This document shows, piece after piece, positions 10,721 to 20,260 of a stretch of 64,000 nucleotides of DNA (positions within the stretch are counted from its first letter, which is position 1; each line of letters opens with the position of its first letter). The stretch covers positions 6,751-70,750 of the forward strand of contig JABILA010000051.1 of the NCBI GenBank assembly GCA_018654745.1, read 5' to 3'. This DNA comes from Alphaproteobacteria bacterium. GTDB taxonomy: Bacteria; Pseudomonadota; Alphaproteobacteria; UBA2966. The notes under the pieces are model-generated. The model was given only the letters and a program-made list of their open reading frames with translations, was not told the origin of the DNA and made no database searches. A program made the translations under genes and the position numbers.

Positions 10721-10973
10721 CGTGAATTCTCCTGAAATGTGAAGCCGGAAAAATGGCCAGGTTCATTACAACTGTCAACAGGCTAAGAAACTGCTGATTG
10801 TAAGATAATTCATTCTCATATATCTGACTGAAATAGCGTGTTATTTTGATGATTTTTTATCCACACTGAAAACAATGGCTAAAAACAGCCAAAATTTTGT
10901 GGATATTTTGTCCTTGTGATATCATATTACCCGAGTTAACTTCATTGTTAATAGGTAATGACAGAAAAACTGA

Positions 10974-11399
10974 ATGGACAGGCTAATGACTGCACTTGCA
11001 ACGGAATACGACCACGAGTCGAATGAAAGCGTCGCCGCTCCGGCAAAAACACGGGCGCGCGAAGTTGACTTGTATGTCGGCCAGCGCATTCGCGAGCGAC
11101 GCACGATGATGGGTCTGACCCAACAGCAGATGGCTGATTTGATCGGCGTCACTTATCAACAGGCACATAAATACGAGCGTGGTATCAATCGCGTCTCTGC
11201 TGGCCGTCTATACGACATTGGCCAGGCTCTGGGTGTCCAGACCGGATATTTTTATGACGGACTGGATTCCGGTAATAAAAGTGAAGTATCGCAACACCAG
11301 CGCATGTGCCTTGAACTGGCGCGCAATTTTGGCCAAATCAATAATGAGCGCCATCAACGCGCCCTGAGTTCACTCGCCAGGGCCTTGGTGGAAGAATAA
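10974..11399 (+). CDS. XRE-family helix-turn-helix regulator
   Basis: VGQRIRERR, GVTYQQAHKYERGINRVSAGRL. Confidence 0.92.
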   Translation: MDRLMTALATEYDHESNESVAAPAKTRAREVDLYVGQRIRERRTMMGLTQQQMADLIGVTYQQAHKYERGINRVSAGRLYDIGQALGVQTGYFYDGLDSGNKSEVSQHQRMCLELARNFGQINNERHQRALSSLARALVEE

Positions 11400-11458
11400 A
11401 ACACTACAGAATTGTCGGAATACTTCCGGCGATATCGCATCGGGCTACAGACAGATTT

Positions 11459-11502
11459 AACCATCGGGGAAAAGCGTAACGCCCCGATGGTTTTCTTTTT
11501 TT
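11459..11502 (+). terminator. Intrinsic terminator after XRE gene
   Basis: AACCATCGGGG / CCCCGATGGTT stem followed by TTCTTTTTTT. Confidence 0.8.
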
Positions 11503-11600
11503 GAATACCCCATTCCGGACAAGAAAATAACACCGAATGCTGTTTGATTGACCGGGTGTACGGCTTGCTTCACCCGGCCTCAGACCGCATAATTTCAGCT

Positions 11601-12161
11601 ATGGCATTATCCAGATTTCAACGCGCGGCCGAAGCAGAAGCGGTCAATACCTGTGACTACCCGGATTGCCATTCCGGTGGCGCTTTCCGTGCGCCAAAAT
11701 CACGAGACAGACTGGATGAACATTACTGGTTTTGCCTGGATCATGTCCGGGAATACAACAAATCCTGGAATTTCTTTGAAGACATGTCCGGCGACCAGAT
11801 TGAAGAGTTTCAGCGCGCCGACGTGACCGGCCATCGACCGACCTGGCGTCTTGGTCTGAATGCCTCAGCAGAACACGCCGGAATTATTCAGGATGATCTC
11901 GGGATTTTGCACGCGGCGGGACTTGGTGGTCGTTACAACGAAACCGAACATGATTTGCGCCCTTTGCCACCAGAACAGCGCGACGCCCTGGCGGAGCTGG
12001 ATTTACCACCCCTGGCCGCGCTGGACGAAATCAAGTCCCGCTACAAAGAACTGGCCAAAAAACATCATCCAGACCTGAATAACGGTGATGCCGCCGCCGA
12101 AGAAAAATTCAAGGCGATAGGCAAAGCTTATAATTACCTGCTGACTTGTGGGTACAGTTGA
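11601..12161 (+). CDS. J-domain (DnaJ class C) protein with N-terminal Cys/His motif
   Basis: C-terminal J domain KKHHPDLN; N-terminal CDYPDC...[13 protein letters not shown] 11601 preferred. Confidence 0.9.
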   Translation: MALSRFQRAAEAEAVNTCDYPDCHSGGAFRAPKSRDRLDEHYWFCLDHVREYNKSWNFFEDMSGDQIEEFQRADVTGHRPTWRLGLNASAEHAGIIQDDLGILHAAGLGGRYNETEHDLRPLPPEQRDALAELDLPPLAALDEIKSRYKELAKKHHPDLNNGDAAAEEKFKAIGKAYNYLLTCGYS

Positions 12162-12333
12162 TTATGTCAATCTACACAAAGAATTTGTAAAGGTTGCCGT
12201 ATAGCCCCTAGCCAATTATACAGAACATCAAATATAGAGGTATTCCAGGTTTCCTGCCTGACTTTATTGCCTCATTTCCACGCACACCTGTTTTCGCAGG
12301 TTCACCGCACGGCCTCCTAGATATCCAGGACAC

Positions 12334-13344
12334 ATGACCATGAGCGACCAGACGAGTAACGTTGAAACGAATGACCACCCAACAGGTTCGCCGGACATCA
12401 CAGTTTCTGTCCGTCAAACATTCGGTTTGGACATCGATTTTGAAGTCCCTGCCTTTTCGACAGAATCAGGTCATGTACCTGATATCGACGAAGGCTACCG
12501 ATTTGATCGCGACACCACACTGGCCATTCTGGCAGGCTTTGCCCACAACCGCCGGGTCATGATCCAGGGATATCACGGCACGGGTAAATCAACCCATATC
12601 GAACAGGTCGCAGCCCGTCTGAACTGGCCTTGTGTCCGGGTCAATCTGGACAGCCATGTCAGCCGGATCGATCTGATCGGCAAGGACGCAATTGTTCTGC
12701 GTGACGGCAAACAGGTTACTGAATTTCGCGAAGGCATTCTGCCCTGGGCGCTACAGTCACCGACTGCCCTGGTTTTTGATGAATATGATGCCGGTCGTGC
12801 CGACGTTATGTTCGTGATCCAGCGTGTACTGGAAGCAGAAGGTCGCTTGACCTTGCTGGACCAGAACAAGGTCATCAAACCGCACCCGTCTTTCCGGTTA
12901 TTCTCGACGACCAACACAGTTGGCCTGGGTGATACTACGGGTCTGTACCATGGCACCCAGCAGATCAACCAGGGACAAATGGATCGTTGGTCCATTGTCA
13001 CGACCCTGAACTATTTACCGCATGATCAGGAAGCCGAGATTGTTTTGTCGAAATCACCGACCTACGACAATGCTGACGGCAACAAGACCATCGACGCCAT
13101 GGTCAACGTCGCTGACCTGACCCGCCAGGGTTTCGTGAACGGGGATATTTCCACGGTCATGTCACCACGGACGGTCATCACCTGGGCGGAAAATGCGCGT
13201 ATTTTCAACGATATTCCTTTTGCCTTCCGGCTGACCTTTCTGAACAAATGCGATGAAATCGAACGCGCCACTGTCGCGGAATATTATCAGCGTGCCTTTG
13301 GCGAGGAATTGCCGGAATCAGCTGCCAACATTTCGCTCTCCTGA
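12334..13344 (+). CDS. cobS: Cobaltochelatase subunit CobS (MoxR-type AAA+ ATPase)
   Basis: [41 protein letters not shown]. Confidence 0.95.
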   Translation: MTMSDQTSNVETNDHPTGSPDITVSVRQTFGLDIDFEVPAFSTESGHVPDIDEGYRFDRDTTLAILAGFAHNRRVMIQGYHGTGKSTHIEQVAARLNWPCVRVNLDSHVSRIDLIGKDAIVLRDGKQVTEFREGILPWALQSPTALVFDEYDAGRADVMFVIQRVLEAEGRLTLLDQNKVIKPHPSFRLFSTTNTVGLGDTTGLYHGTQQINQGQMDRWSIVTTLNYLPHDQEAEIVLSKSPTYDNADGNKTIDAMVNVADLTRQGFVNGDISTVMSPRTVITWAENARIFNDIPFAFRLTFLNKCDEIERATVAEYYQRAFGEELPESAANISLS

Positions 13345-13370
13345 ATCTGAAGAACTGAACCGAGTGTCTC

Positions 13371-15233
13371 GTGGCTGATAAAGACAACCCGTCTGATCCC
13401 TTCAAGCTAGCTGTCGCATCGACAGTGCGGGCGATTTCTGCGCGCGACGAGCTTGAAGTGACTTATTCTACGGATGCACCAGGTGTCGCCGGCGATTCTG
13501 TGCGTTTGCCGATGCCGTCACGAGATCTTGGTGCGGCGGAAGTCGCCACTATTCGCGGCACTGCCGATCAATTGGCTTTGAAGCTTCGCTATCACGACAC
13601 CGGCAAGCACGCCAAGGCAATGCCACAAGGTGCCGATGCCCGGGCGGTATTTGATGCTGTTGAGCTTGCCAGGATTGAAGCCATTGGCTCGGCCAGGATG
13701 ACGGGTATTGCCGATAACCTGGATGCAGCCCTGGAAGATCATTGCAAGACCAAGGGTTTCGATGCCGTGCGGGATTTGGCTGATGCCCCGCTGGCTGATG
13801 CCTTGCGTCTGATTGTGCGGGAACGCCTGACCGGTGCCAAGCCACCTGAAGCGGCACAGTCGATCGTTGATTTGTGGAAACCGACAGTTCTGGACAAGGC
13901 AGCCGGTGATCTGGCTGATCTGGTCGAAAATATTAACGACCAGGCGGCTTTCGCCAAATGCGCCCGTCAATTGATTGCCGATATGGATCTCGCCGACGAA
14001 TGGGACGGCGAGGAAATGGATGACCAGTCGGACGGTGACGAAGACGGCGCCGCCGAACAGGAAGCCAGCGACGAAGGTTCAACTGAAGATGGCCCTGAAC
14101 AGTCCGAGGCAGACAGTCAGGAATCAGCCGAAGGCGATGCCGAAGCCGGAATTGAAGCCGAGGGCGATGTCGGTGAAGACCAGGCAGAAGCCTCTGGCGA
14201 CGACGACGCCGGTCGCAGCGAGCAACCCTGGTGGCCCGATGATCTGACCAACAGCCCGCCCGGCGAAAGACCGTACCGGCCATACACATCTGATTATGAC
14301 GAAGTGACCTACGCCACGGAACTTTGTGAAGACGAAGAGCTGACCCGATTGCGCGCCCATCTGGACCAGCAGCTGAATCACTTGCAGGGCATGATTGGCA
14401 AGCTTGCAAACCGTTTGCAACGGCGGTTAATGGCCAAGCAAACGCGATCCTGGGAATTTGATCTCGAGGAAGGCATTCTGGACGCAGGCAAGTTGAGCCG
14501 CATCGTCACCAATCCGGAAAGCCCGCTCAGCTTCAAGAGAGAAAAAGAAACCGACTTCCGTGACACCGTTGTCACCTTGTTGCTGGATAATTCTGGTTCC
14601 ATGCGTGGCCGCCCGATCAGTGTCGCCGCCATGTCTGCAGATATTTTGGCCAGAACACTGGAACGTTGTTCGGTTCGCGTGGAAATTCTGGGTTTCACAA
14701 CACGCGCCTGGAAGGGCGGACAGTCCCGGGAAAAGTGGCTCGCGGATGGCAAGCCGGCGAACCCCGGTCGTTTGAACGATCTTCGTCACATCGTCTATAA
14801 ATCTGCGGATGAGCCCTGGCGGCGGGCGCGCAAAAACCTTGGGCTGATGCTGCGCGAAGGATTGTTGAAAGAAAACATCGACGGGGAGGCCCTGCTCTGG
14901 GCCCATCAAAGATTACTGGCACGTCAGGAAGACCGTCGCATCATGATGGTGATTTCTGATGGCGCGCCGGTTGATGATTCCACCCTGTCCGTGAACCCCG
15001 GCAATTATCTGGACCGGCATTTGCGCCAGGTTATTCAGTGGATCGAAACACGCTCGCCCGTCGATCTGGTTGCCATCGGTATTGGCCACGATGTCACGCG
15101 ATATTACCGTCGTGCCGTGACCATCGTCGATGCCGAACAACTTGGCGGCGTCATGCTTGAAAAACTGACCGAATTATTCGAAGACGATCCGCTCGCCAGA
15201 ATGCCGGCAGCGGCACGGCGGCGCATGCATTAA
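13371..15233 (+). CDS. cobT: Cobaltochelatase subunit CobT (vWA domain)
   Basis: Acidic linker, [18 protein letters not shown] motif, [19 protein letters not shown]. Confidence 0.95.
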   Translation: MADKDNPSDPFKLAVASTVRAISARDELEVTYSTDAPGVAGDSVRLPMPSRDLGAAEVATIRGTADQLALKLRYHDTGKHAKAMPQGADARAVFDAVELARIEAIGSARMTGIADNLDAALEDHCKTKGFDAVRDLADAPLADALRLIVRERLTGAKPPEAAQSIVDLWKPTVLDKAAGDLADLVENINDQAAFAKCARQLIADMDLADEWDGEEMDDQSDGDEDGAAEQEASDEGSTEDGPEQSEADSQESAEGDAEAGIEAEGDVGEDQAEASGDDDAGRSEQPWWPDDLTNSPPGERPYRPYTSDYDEVTYATELCEDEELTRLRAHLDQQLNHLQGMIGKLANRLQRRLMAKQTRSWEFDLEEGILDAGKLSRIVTNPESPLSFKREKETDFRDTVVTLLLDNSGSMRGRPISVAAMSADILARTLERCSVRVEILGFTTRAWKGGQSREKWLADGKPANPGRLNDLRHIVYKSADEPWRRARKNLGLMLREGLLKENIDGEALLWAHQRLLARQEDRRIMMVISDGAPVDDSTLSVNPGNYLDRHLRQVIQWIETRSPVDLVAIGIGHDVTRYYRRAVTIVDAEQLGGVMLEKLTELFEDDPLARMPAAARRRMH

Positions 15234-15246
15234 CAAGGGCTTCATT

Positions 15247-16194
15247 ATGACACTTCATCCCGGCGCAAAATGGATCGTTGAAGCGGCAGCAGACGCCCTG
15301 AAGATGGGTCAAACCCCGATTGAGGAAAAGACTGCTGAACAAGCCCGTGCCTTTTACGCAGATAGTCGCAGCGCACTGACACCCGATTTGCCTGATGTCG
15401 GCCTGGTGGAGAACCTGGTCATTCCGGGGCCACACGGCGAAATTGGTGCACGATATTATCGCCCCGCCGGTTCGTCTGCAGATGACATCCTGCCGCTTTG
15501 CCTTTTCTATCATGGTGGTGGCTGGGTTATCGGTGACCTGGATTCTCACGAATATGTTTGCCGCAGGATGGTCAACAGCGGCGGCTTCGCTGTCATCTCG
15601 GTAGATTACCGCATGGCACCGGAACACACCTTCCCTGTCGCGGTCGAAGATGCCTATGCCGCCCTGGAATGGGCCGCTGCCGGTGCAGGTGGTCGCAAAA
15701 TTGATCCTGATCACCTGGCAGTGTCCGGCGATTCCGCCGGTGGAAACCTCTCGGCTGTCGTTGCCCTTATGGCCCGGGACCAGGCGGGTCCGGCCATTCG
15801 ATTTCAGGGACTGATTTATCCGGCGACCGACATGAACATGATCACCCAGTCACATATTGATTTTGCTGAAGGTCATATCCTGACGGCAAAATCCATGGTC
15901 TGGTTTCAGGAACAATACCTGAATTCGCCTGCCGATCGCGAAGACTGGCGCGCCTCTCCCATCAAACACGAAAACCTCAAGGGCTTGCCACCAGCCATCG
16001 TTATTACGGCTGGCCATGATCCCTTGAAGGACGAAGGCAAAGCCTATGCCGAGCGCATGGCTGGCGCAGGTGTTGAAGTCACCTTCAAATGTTATGAGGG
16101 GCAAATCCACGGATTTGTGACGATGGCAAAGGTCATCGATGAAAGTGATGTTGCAATTGATCAGGTCGCAGAGGCAATTGCCGCTGCAATCTGA
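15247..16194 (+). CDS. Alpha/beta hydrolase, HSL/Aes-type esterase
   Basis: HGGGW, GDSAGG nucleophile elbow, DPLKDEG, HGF. Confidence 0.93.
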   Translation: MTLHPGAKWIVEAAADALKMGQTPIEEKTAEQARAFYADSRSALTPDLPDVGLVENLVIPGPHGEIGARYYRPAGSSADDILPLCLFYHGGGWVIGDLDSHEYVCRRMVNSGGFAVISVDYRMAPEHTFPVAVEDAYAALEWAAAGAGGRKIDPDHLAVSGDSAGGNLSAVVALMARDQAGPAIRFQGLIYPATDMNMITQSHIDFAEGHILTAKSMVWFQEQYLNSPADREDWRASPIKHENLKGLPPAIVITAGHDPLKDEGKAYAERMAGAGVEVTFKCYEGQIHGFVTMAKVIDESDVAIDQVAEAIAAAI

Positions 16195-16232
16195 TCAGGG
16201 GTCAGGGCAACTCTGACTTAAACGGAAACGCT

Positions 16233-16781
16233 CTAGTTTTTGACTTCAGCCGGAGAGATGTAATGCATCAAGGCCCGGAACGGGACCAGCATGCTGAGAG
16301 CCAGAACCAGCTTCACACCATAATCGCCAAGACCCAGGGTTACCCATGGCACTGGCGTTGCGTAGAAGGCGATGGAGAAGAACAACGCTGTGTCCAGGGC
16401 TGATGCCAGGACGGACGAAATCAGCGGCGTCTGCCACCAGGCGAGGCCACGCAAGCGATTAAAAATGTAAACATCGAACAACTGTGCCAGCAGGAAGGCA
16501 GTCCCTGAGGCCACAGCAATACGGGCACCGGCAAATTCAATGGACAGGATAACGGCCAGGGCAAAGCCCACATACACCACCATCCGGGCCTTGGCAGGTC
16601 CATAGCGACGATTGGTCAGATCTGTTACCAGAAATGAAATGGGATAGGTCAAGGCACCCCAGGTCAGCCAATCATTGATCGGGATCTGGACGACAATATT
16701 CGAGACAACGACGATGACAATCATGGCCAGGGTTGGTAGCCACAATTCCCTGATGAATGTGCTTGTGTTGGTCATCGTCAT
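16233..16781 (-). CDS. VUT family (YhhQ-like) queuosine precursor transporter
   Basis: TWGALTYP.SFLVTDL, RIAVASGTAFL.AQLFD, DT.LFFSIAF; downstream of rpmB. Confidence 0.85.
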   Translation of the reverse strand: MTMTNTSTFIRELWLPTLAMIVIVVVSNIVVQIPINDWLTWGALTYPISFLVTDLTNRRYGPAKARMVVYVGFALAVILSIEFAGARIAVASGTAFLLAQLFDVYIFNRLRGLAWWQTPLISSVLASALDTALFFSIAFYATPVPWVTLGLGDYGVKLVLALSMLVPFRALMHYISPAEVKN

Positions 16782-16865
16782 ATCCTTTGGATGTCCTGCC
16801 GTAAAAACTATTTCACCCGCGCCAGACTCTGGACACGGGTGAAAAATCAGGCTTTGAAAGCGCGA

Positions 16866-17162
16866 TCAGGCAGCAGCGGCAGCTTTGGCGTTTTTGGCCA
16901 GTTCGCGCTTGATCCGCAGTGCACCAGCAGAAAGCTGGGCGTCCTTGGCTTTCAGCAAAAAGTTATCCAGACCACCATTATGCTCAACCGAGCGCAGGGC
17001 ATAGGCCGTAACCTTGAAACGCATGGTGCGATCCAGAGACTCGCTGTACAGCTTTGTTTCCTGAACGTTGGGAAGAAAACGGCGGCGGGTCCTGTTGTGA
17101 GCGTGGCTCACGTTGTTCCCGGTGAGTACACCTTTTCCTGTCAGTTCGCAGCGTCGTGCCAT
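16866..17162 (-). CDS. rpmB: 50S ribosomal protein L28
   Basis: [29 protein letters not shown]. Confidence 0.98.
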   Translation of the reverse strand: MARRCELTGKGVLTGNNVSHAHNRTRRRFLPNVQETKLYSESLDRTMRFKVTAYALRSVEHNGGLDNFLLKAKDAQLSAGALRIKRELAKNAKAAAAA

Positions 17163-17355
17163 GGTTCTGGTACCTTTAGAAGATTGCTATTCCGGGTAAA
17201 TTCCCGAAAAGTGTTTATTTGTCAAATGCGTTTTGCTCTCGAAATCACCAGGTCGCCTTACTCAGCGCGCATATCCAATGATTTGGAACAGTGGATAAAG
17301 GTGGCTCAACAACAGCAAAACATAAACCCCGGGCCTTTCAGCTCAGGGACGGCGC

Positions 17356-17384
17356 TTTTTAAGCCAGAGTCCGCACGGCGTCAA
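17356..17384 (-). promoter_or_regulatory. Candidate sigma70 promoter of rpmB
   Basis: Minus strand TTGACG-N17-TAAAAA followed by a GC-rich discriminator. Confidence 0.55.
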
Positions 17385-17409
17385 GGAAATACCGGGAATA
17401 AAATATTGC

Positions 17410-18408
17410 TTAAGTCCCCCGGAAAGCCGCCATCAGCGTACGCGCAGCCACTGACGGGGTCATTCGTCCTGCTGCAACTTCGGCTTCCACCCTGGCGAGA
17501 TGTTCAGCGACTTCGGAATCCTGCCTGAATGCATCCACCAGACTCTCCTCAATTTCGCCCCACAACCACTCCCTCGCCTGCATTGCACGGCGCTCAGCAA
17601 GGGCATCGGCCACTTCAAAAGCCTGACGGTGGCGCAGGATCACCTCGAGAATTTCGGCCATGCCGGTTTTCTTCAAGGATGAACAAATCAGAACTTCCGG
17701 CAACCAATATGGCGTGGACGGACGCATCAAGCCCAGCGCGCCCTTGTATTCCGCGGCAACACGCCCGGCAACCGGTTTCAGGTCGCCATCAGCCTTGTTG
17801 ACGACAACCATGTCCGCAAGTTCCATGATTCCGCGCTTGATACCCTGCAATTCATCGCCGCCGCCCGGCGACAACAGCAACAGGAACATATCCACCATGG
17901 CGGCGACGGCAGTTTCAGATTGCCCGACCCCGACAGTTTCGATGATCACCACATCATATCCAGCGGCTTCACAAACCAGCATGGCTTCCCGTGTGCGCCT
18001 TGCGACCCCGCCCAGGGTACCCCCGGAAGGCGATGGGCGAATAAAGGCTGCAGAATTGCGGGAAAGTTCCTCCATACGGGTTTTGTCGCCAAGAATGGAA
18101 CCACCTGAGCGAACCGAAGAGGGATCAATGGCCAGCACCGCAACCCGTTTACCCTGTTCAACAAGGTGCAGCCCAAAGGCTTCAATAAATGTAGACTTGC
18201 CCGCACCCGGTGGGCCGGTGATCCCGAGACGGATGGCATTGCCGGATTGCGGCAAAAGCAGGGACAACAGTTCACTGGCCTGGAGTTGGTGATCAGCGCG
18301 ATGCGATTCGATCAGCGTAATGGCACGGCCCAGCGACCTGCGCTCACCTGCCACAACACCATCGGCGAGAGCTTGCATGGCCGGGCTGGCTTCGGGAACT
18401 TCAGACAT
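17410..18408 (-). CDS. meaB: Methylmalonyl-CoA mutase-associated GTPase MeaB
   Basis: GPPGAGKST, GGSILGDKTRM, ETVGVGQSE, GDELQGIKRGIME, NKADG. Confidence 0.95.
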   Translation of the reverse strand: MSEVPEASPAMQALADGVVAGERRSLGRAITLIESHRADHQLQASELLSLLLPQSGNAIRLGITGPPGAGKSTFIEAFGLHLVEQGKRVAVLAIDPSSVRSGGSILGDKTRMEELSRNSAAFIRPSPSGGTLGGVARRTREAMLVCEAAGYDVVIIETVGVGQSETAVAAMVDMFLLLLSPGGGDELQGIKRGIMELADMVVVNKADGDLKPVAGRVAAEYKGALGLMRPSTPYWLPEVLICSSLKKTGMAEILEVILRHRQAFEVADALAERRAMQAREWLWGEIEESLVDAFRQDSEVAEHLARVEAEVAAGRMTPSVAARTLMAAFRGT

Positions 18409-18448
18409 GGACTACCTGGATAATCGTAAAATAATCAGAGGGAGAAGC

Positions 18449-18847
18449 TTAGCTTTTGTTCTCTTTGCCAAACAGTTCTTCGTCATCCGTATCGCTGGCT
18501 GCAACAACCATTTCGGGCTTGTAGTCAGCGGGAACGGGATCGACATGAGGTTTGTCCAGCGCACTTTCCAGCATGCGCTGACGGGTTTCCAGATCAAGTT
18601 CCCCCAGGGCTTCCTGGGCTTTGGCCTGATTAGTCATGGCGGTCTGGATTTCAGTTTTGCGTTTGTCGGAGATCCCGAGGCTTTGGTCAGCCTGAACGTT
18701 CATGGCCTTGACCAAGGCGTTGGTTTTGGCCATTTCGACCTTTAATTCGTCTTCCAGTTTCGATACATAGGCCCCACGCGCCAGGGCACGGCGACCCTCC
18801 TGGTCCAGAAACATCGACAAAAACATGCGCGTCAGAAAACCGATCAC
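18449..18847 (-). CDS. Hypothetical protein (helical, acidic tail)
   Basis: 132-aa ORF with GGAG SD before GTG; no recognised domain. Confidence 0.65.
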   Translation of the reverse strand: MIGFLTRMFLSMFLDQEGRRALARGAYVSKLEDELKVEMAKTNALVKAMNVQADQSLGISDKRKTEIQTAMTNQAKAQEALGELDLETRQRMLESALDKPHVDPVPADYKPEMVVAASDTDDEELFGKENKS

Positions 18848-19008
18848 AAATCTTCTCCAGTCAGACGATCTTGCCTATTCCCAGACAAACGTCATATCCC
18901 GCGATATTGCCGCCAATTGATGTATAATGTAAAGCCAAACAAAGACGGAAAACCAGGGAAAATCAAGGACCTGCCATAGCTAAAACATGCAACAATATCA
19001 TAAAAGAA

Positions 19009-19659
19009 ATGAAAGCAATGGCCGATCCTGAGGCGTTGGCGGGTAAAGCCCGATTTGGCATCAATGTGGAAAACTCCCTTGGACTGCGCATGCCGCAAAT
19101 CAGGGGCCTGGCGCGAAACATAGGCAAAGACCATCAACTGGCGCTTGAATTGTGGCAAACCGGTATTGTTGACGCAAGAATCCTGGCACCGTTGGTCGCA
19201 GACAGGAAAGCTGTGGATGTTGATCTGATGGAGGCCTGGGTCGCGGATTTCGCGTCCTGGGACGTTTGCGACCAGTGCTGCATTAACCTGTTTCGCCATC
19301 ACGACGCTGCCTTTGACAAGGTGCGTGAATGGGCAGCACGCGAAGAGGAATATGTTCGTCGTGCCGGATTTGCCCTGTTGGCAACTATGGCTGTGCACAA
19401 AAAGAATGAACCAGATCAAACTTTTATCGATTTTTTACCACTGATCGAGGCTTATGCCTTTGACGAGCGGAATTTTGTCAAAAAGGCCGTGAATTGGGCT
19501 TTGCGGCAAATTGGCAAACGCAACAAAAATTTGAACCAGGCAGCTCTTGCGACCTGCCAACACCTTATTGACCAGGACACAGCACCTGCGCGCTGGATTG
19601 CCCGGGACGCCGTGCGCGAACTCAAGGACAAGAAAATCCTCGACAGGCTTAAAAACTGA
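19009..19659 (+). CDS. DNA alkylation repair protein (AlkD-like HEAT repeat)
   Basis: SWDVCD, EYVRRAGF, DERNFVKKAVNWALRQIGKRN; true start may be upstream at 18976 (see findings). Confidence 0.88.
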   Translation: MKAMADPEALAGKARFGINVENSLGLRMPQIRGLARNIGKDHQLALELWQTGIVDARILAPLVADRKAVDVDLMEAWVADFASWDVCDQCCINLFRHHDAAFDKVREWAAREEEYVRRAGFALLATMAVHKKNEPDQTFIDFLPLIEAYAFDERNFVKKAVNWALRQIGKRNKNLNQAALATCQHLIDQDTAPARWIARDAVRELKDKKILDRLKN

Positions 19660-19743
19660 TCCTGAAAACCTCTTGTATCTGTCAGGAAAATAGCCATTTC
19701 CAGAGTCTGCCCAGGGCATCAATCAAACAACGAGGCGGATGAA

Positions 19744-20058
19744 ATGATGGATACTGAAACAAAAAAGAACCTGACAGAGAACAGTACCTGGAAGCGCATT
19801 GCTTACATGGTTTTGTTTGTCATCACCTTTAACGTTGCTGAAATGGTGTTGTTCGTTGTTGTCGTCTTGCAGGTTGCCTTCAAGCTGTTTACTGGCAAAC
19901 CCCTTGATCCACTGAAAGAATTGGGTCAGGAAATTGGCAGTTATCTGCGAAGCGTCGTCAACTTCCTGACTTATACCACAGAAGAAATGCCGTTCCCGGT
20001 CGCATCCTGGCCCAGCAGCAATCCCAAAAGTGGCGGGCCTGTGAGCACGGAAGTCTGA
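19744..20058 (+). CDS. DUF4389-like membrane protein
   Basis: TWKRIAYMVLF, two hydrophobic helices, FLTYTTEEMPFP..WP. Confidence 0.75.
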   Translation: MMDTETKKNLTENSTWKRIAYMVLFVITFNVAEMVLFVVVVLQVAFKLFTGKPLDPLKELGQEIGSYLRSVVNFLTYTTEEMPFPVASWPSSNPKSGGPVSTEV

Positions 20059-20260
20059 TTACCGCACTTTCAATGAAATTTGGTCTGTGAATACATCCGG
20101 CGATTGATGTGTTGTGCGCGGATTGAGCGCCCTTGTTACCTGCATAAAAGTTGCGGCGCATTCTGGCGTCCCGGATATAATCTGACTTATTGTATTATTA
20201 TACAGATTGAACGAAGTGATTCTGTTTAAGCCGGAATCGCCCTAACAAACCGGAGTTCCC

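Noticed and set aside
12162..12333. Cobalamin riboswitch upstream of cobS (or upstream of the mutase at 23965-24075)
   Set aside because: No B12 box or conserved core visible in either region.
16791..17528. 245-aa plus-strand ORF
   Set aside because: Antisense to rpmB and the meaB end; no motifs.
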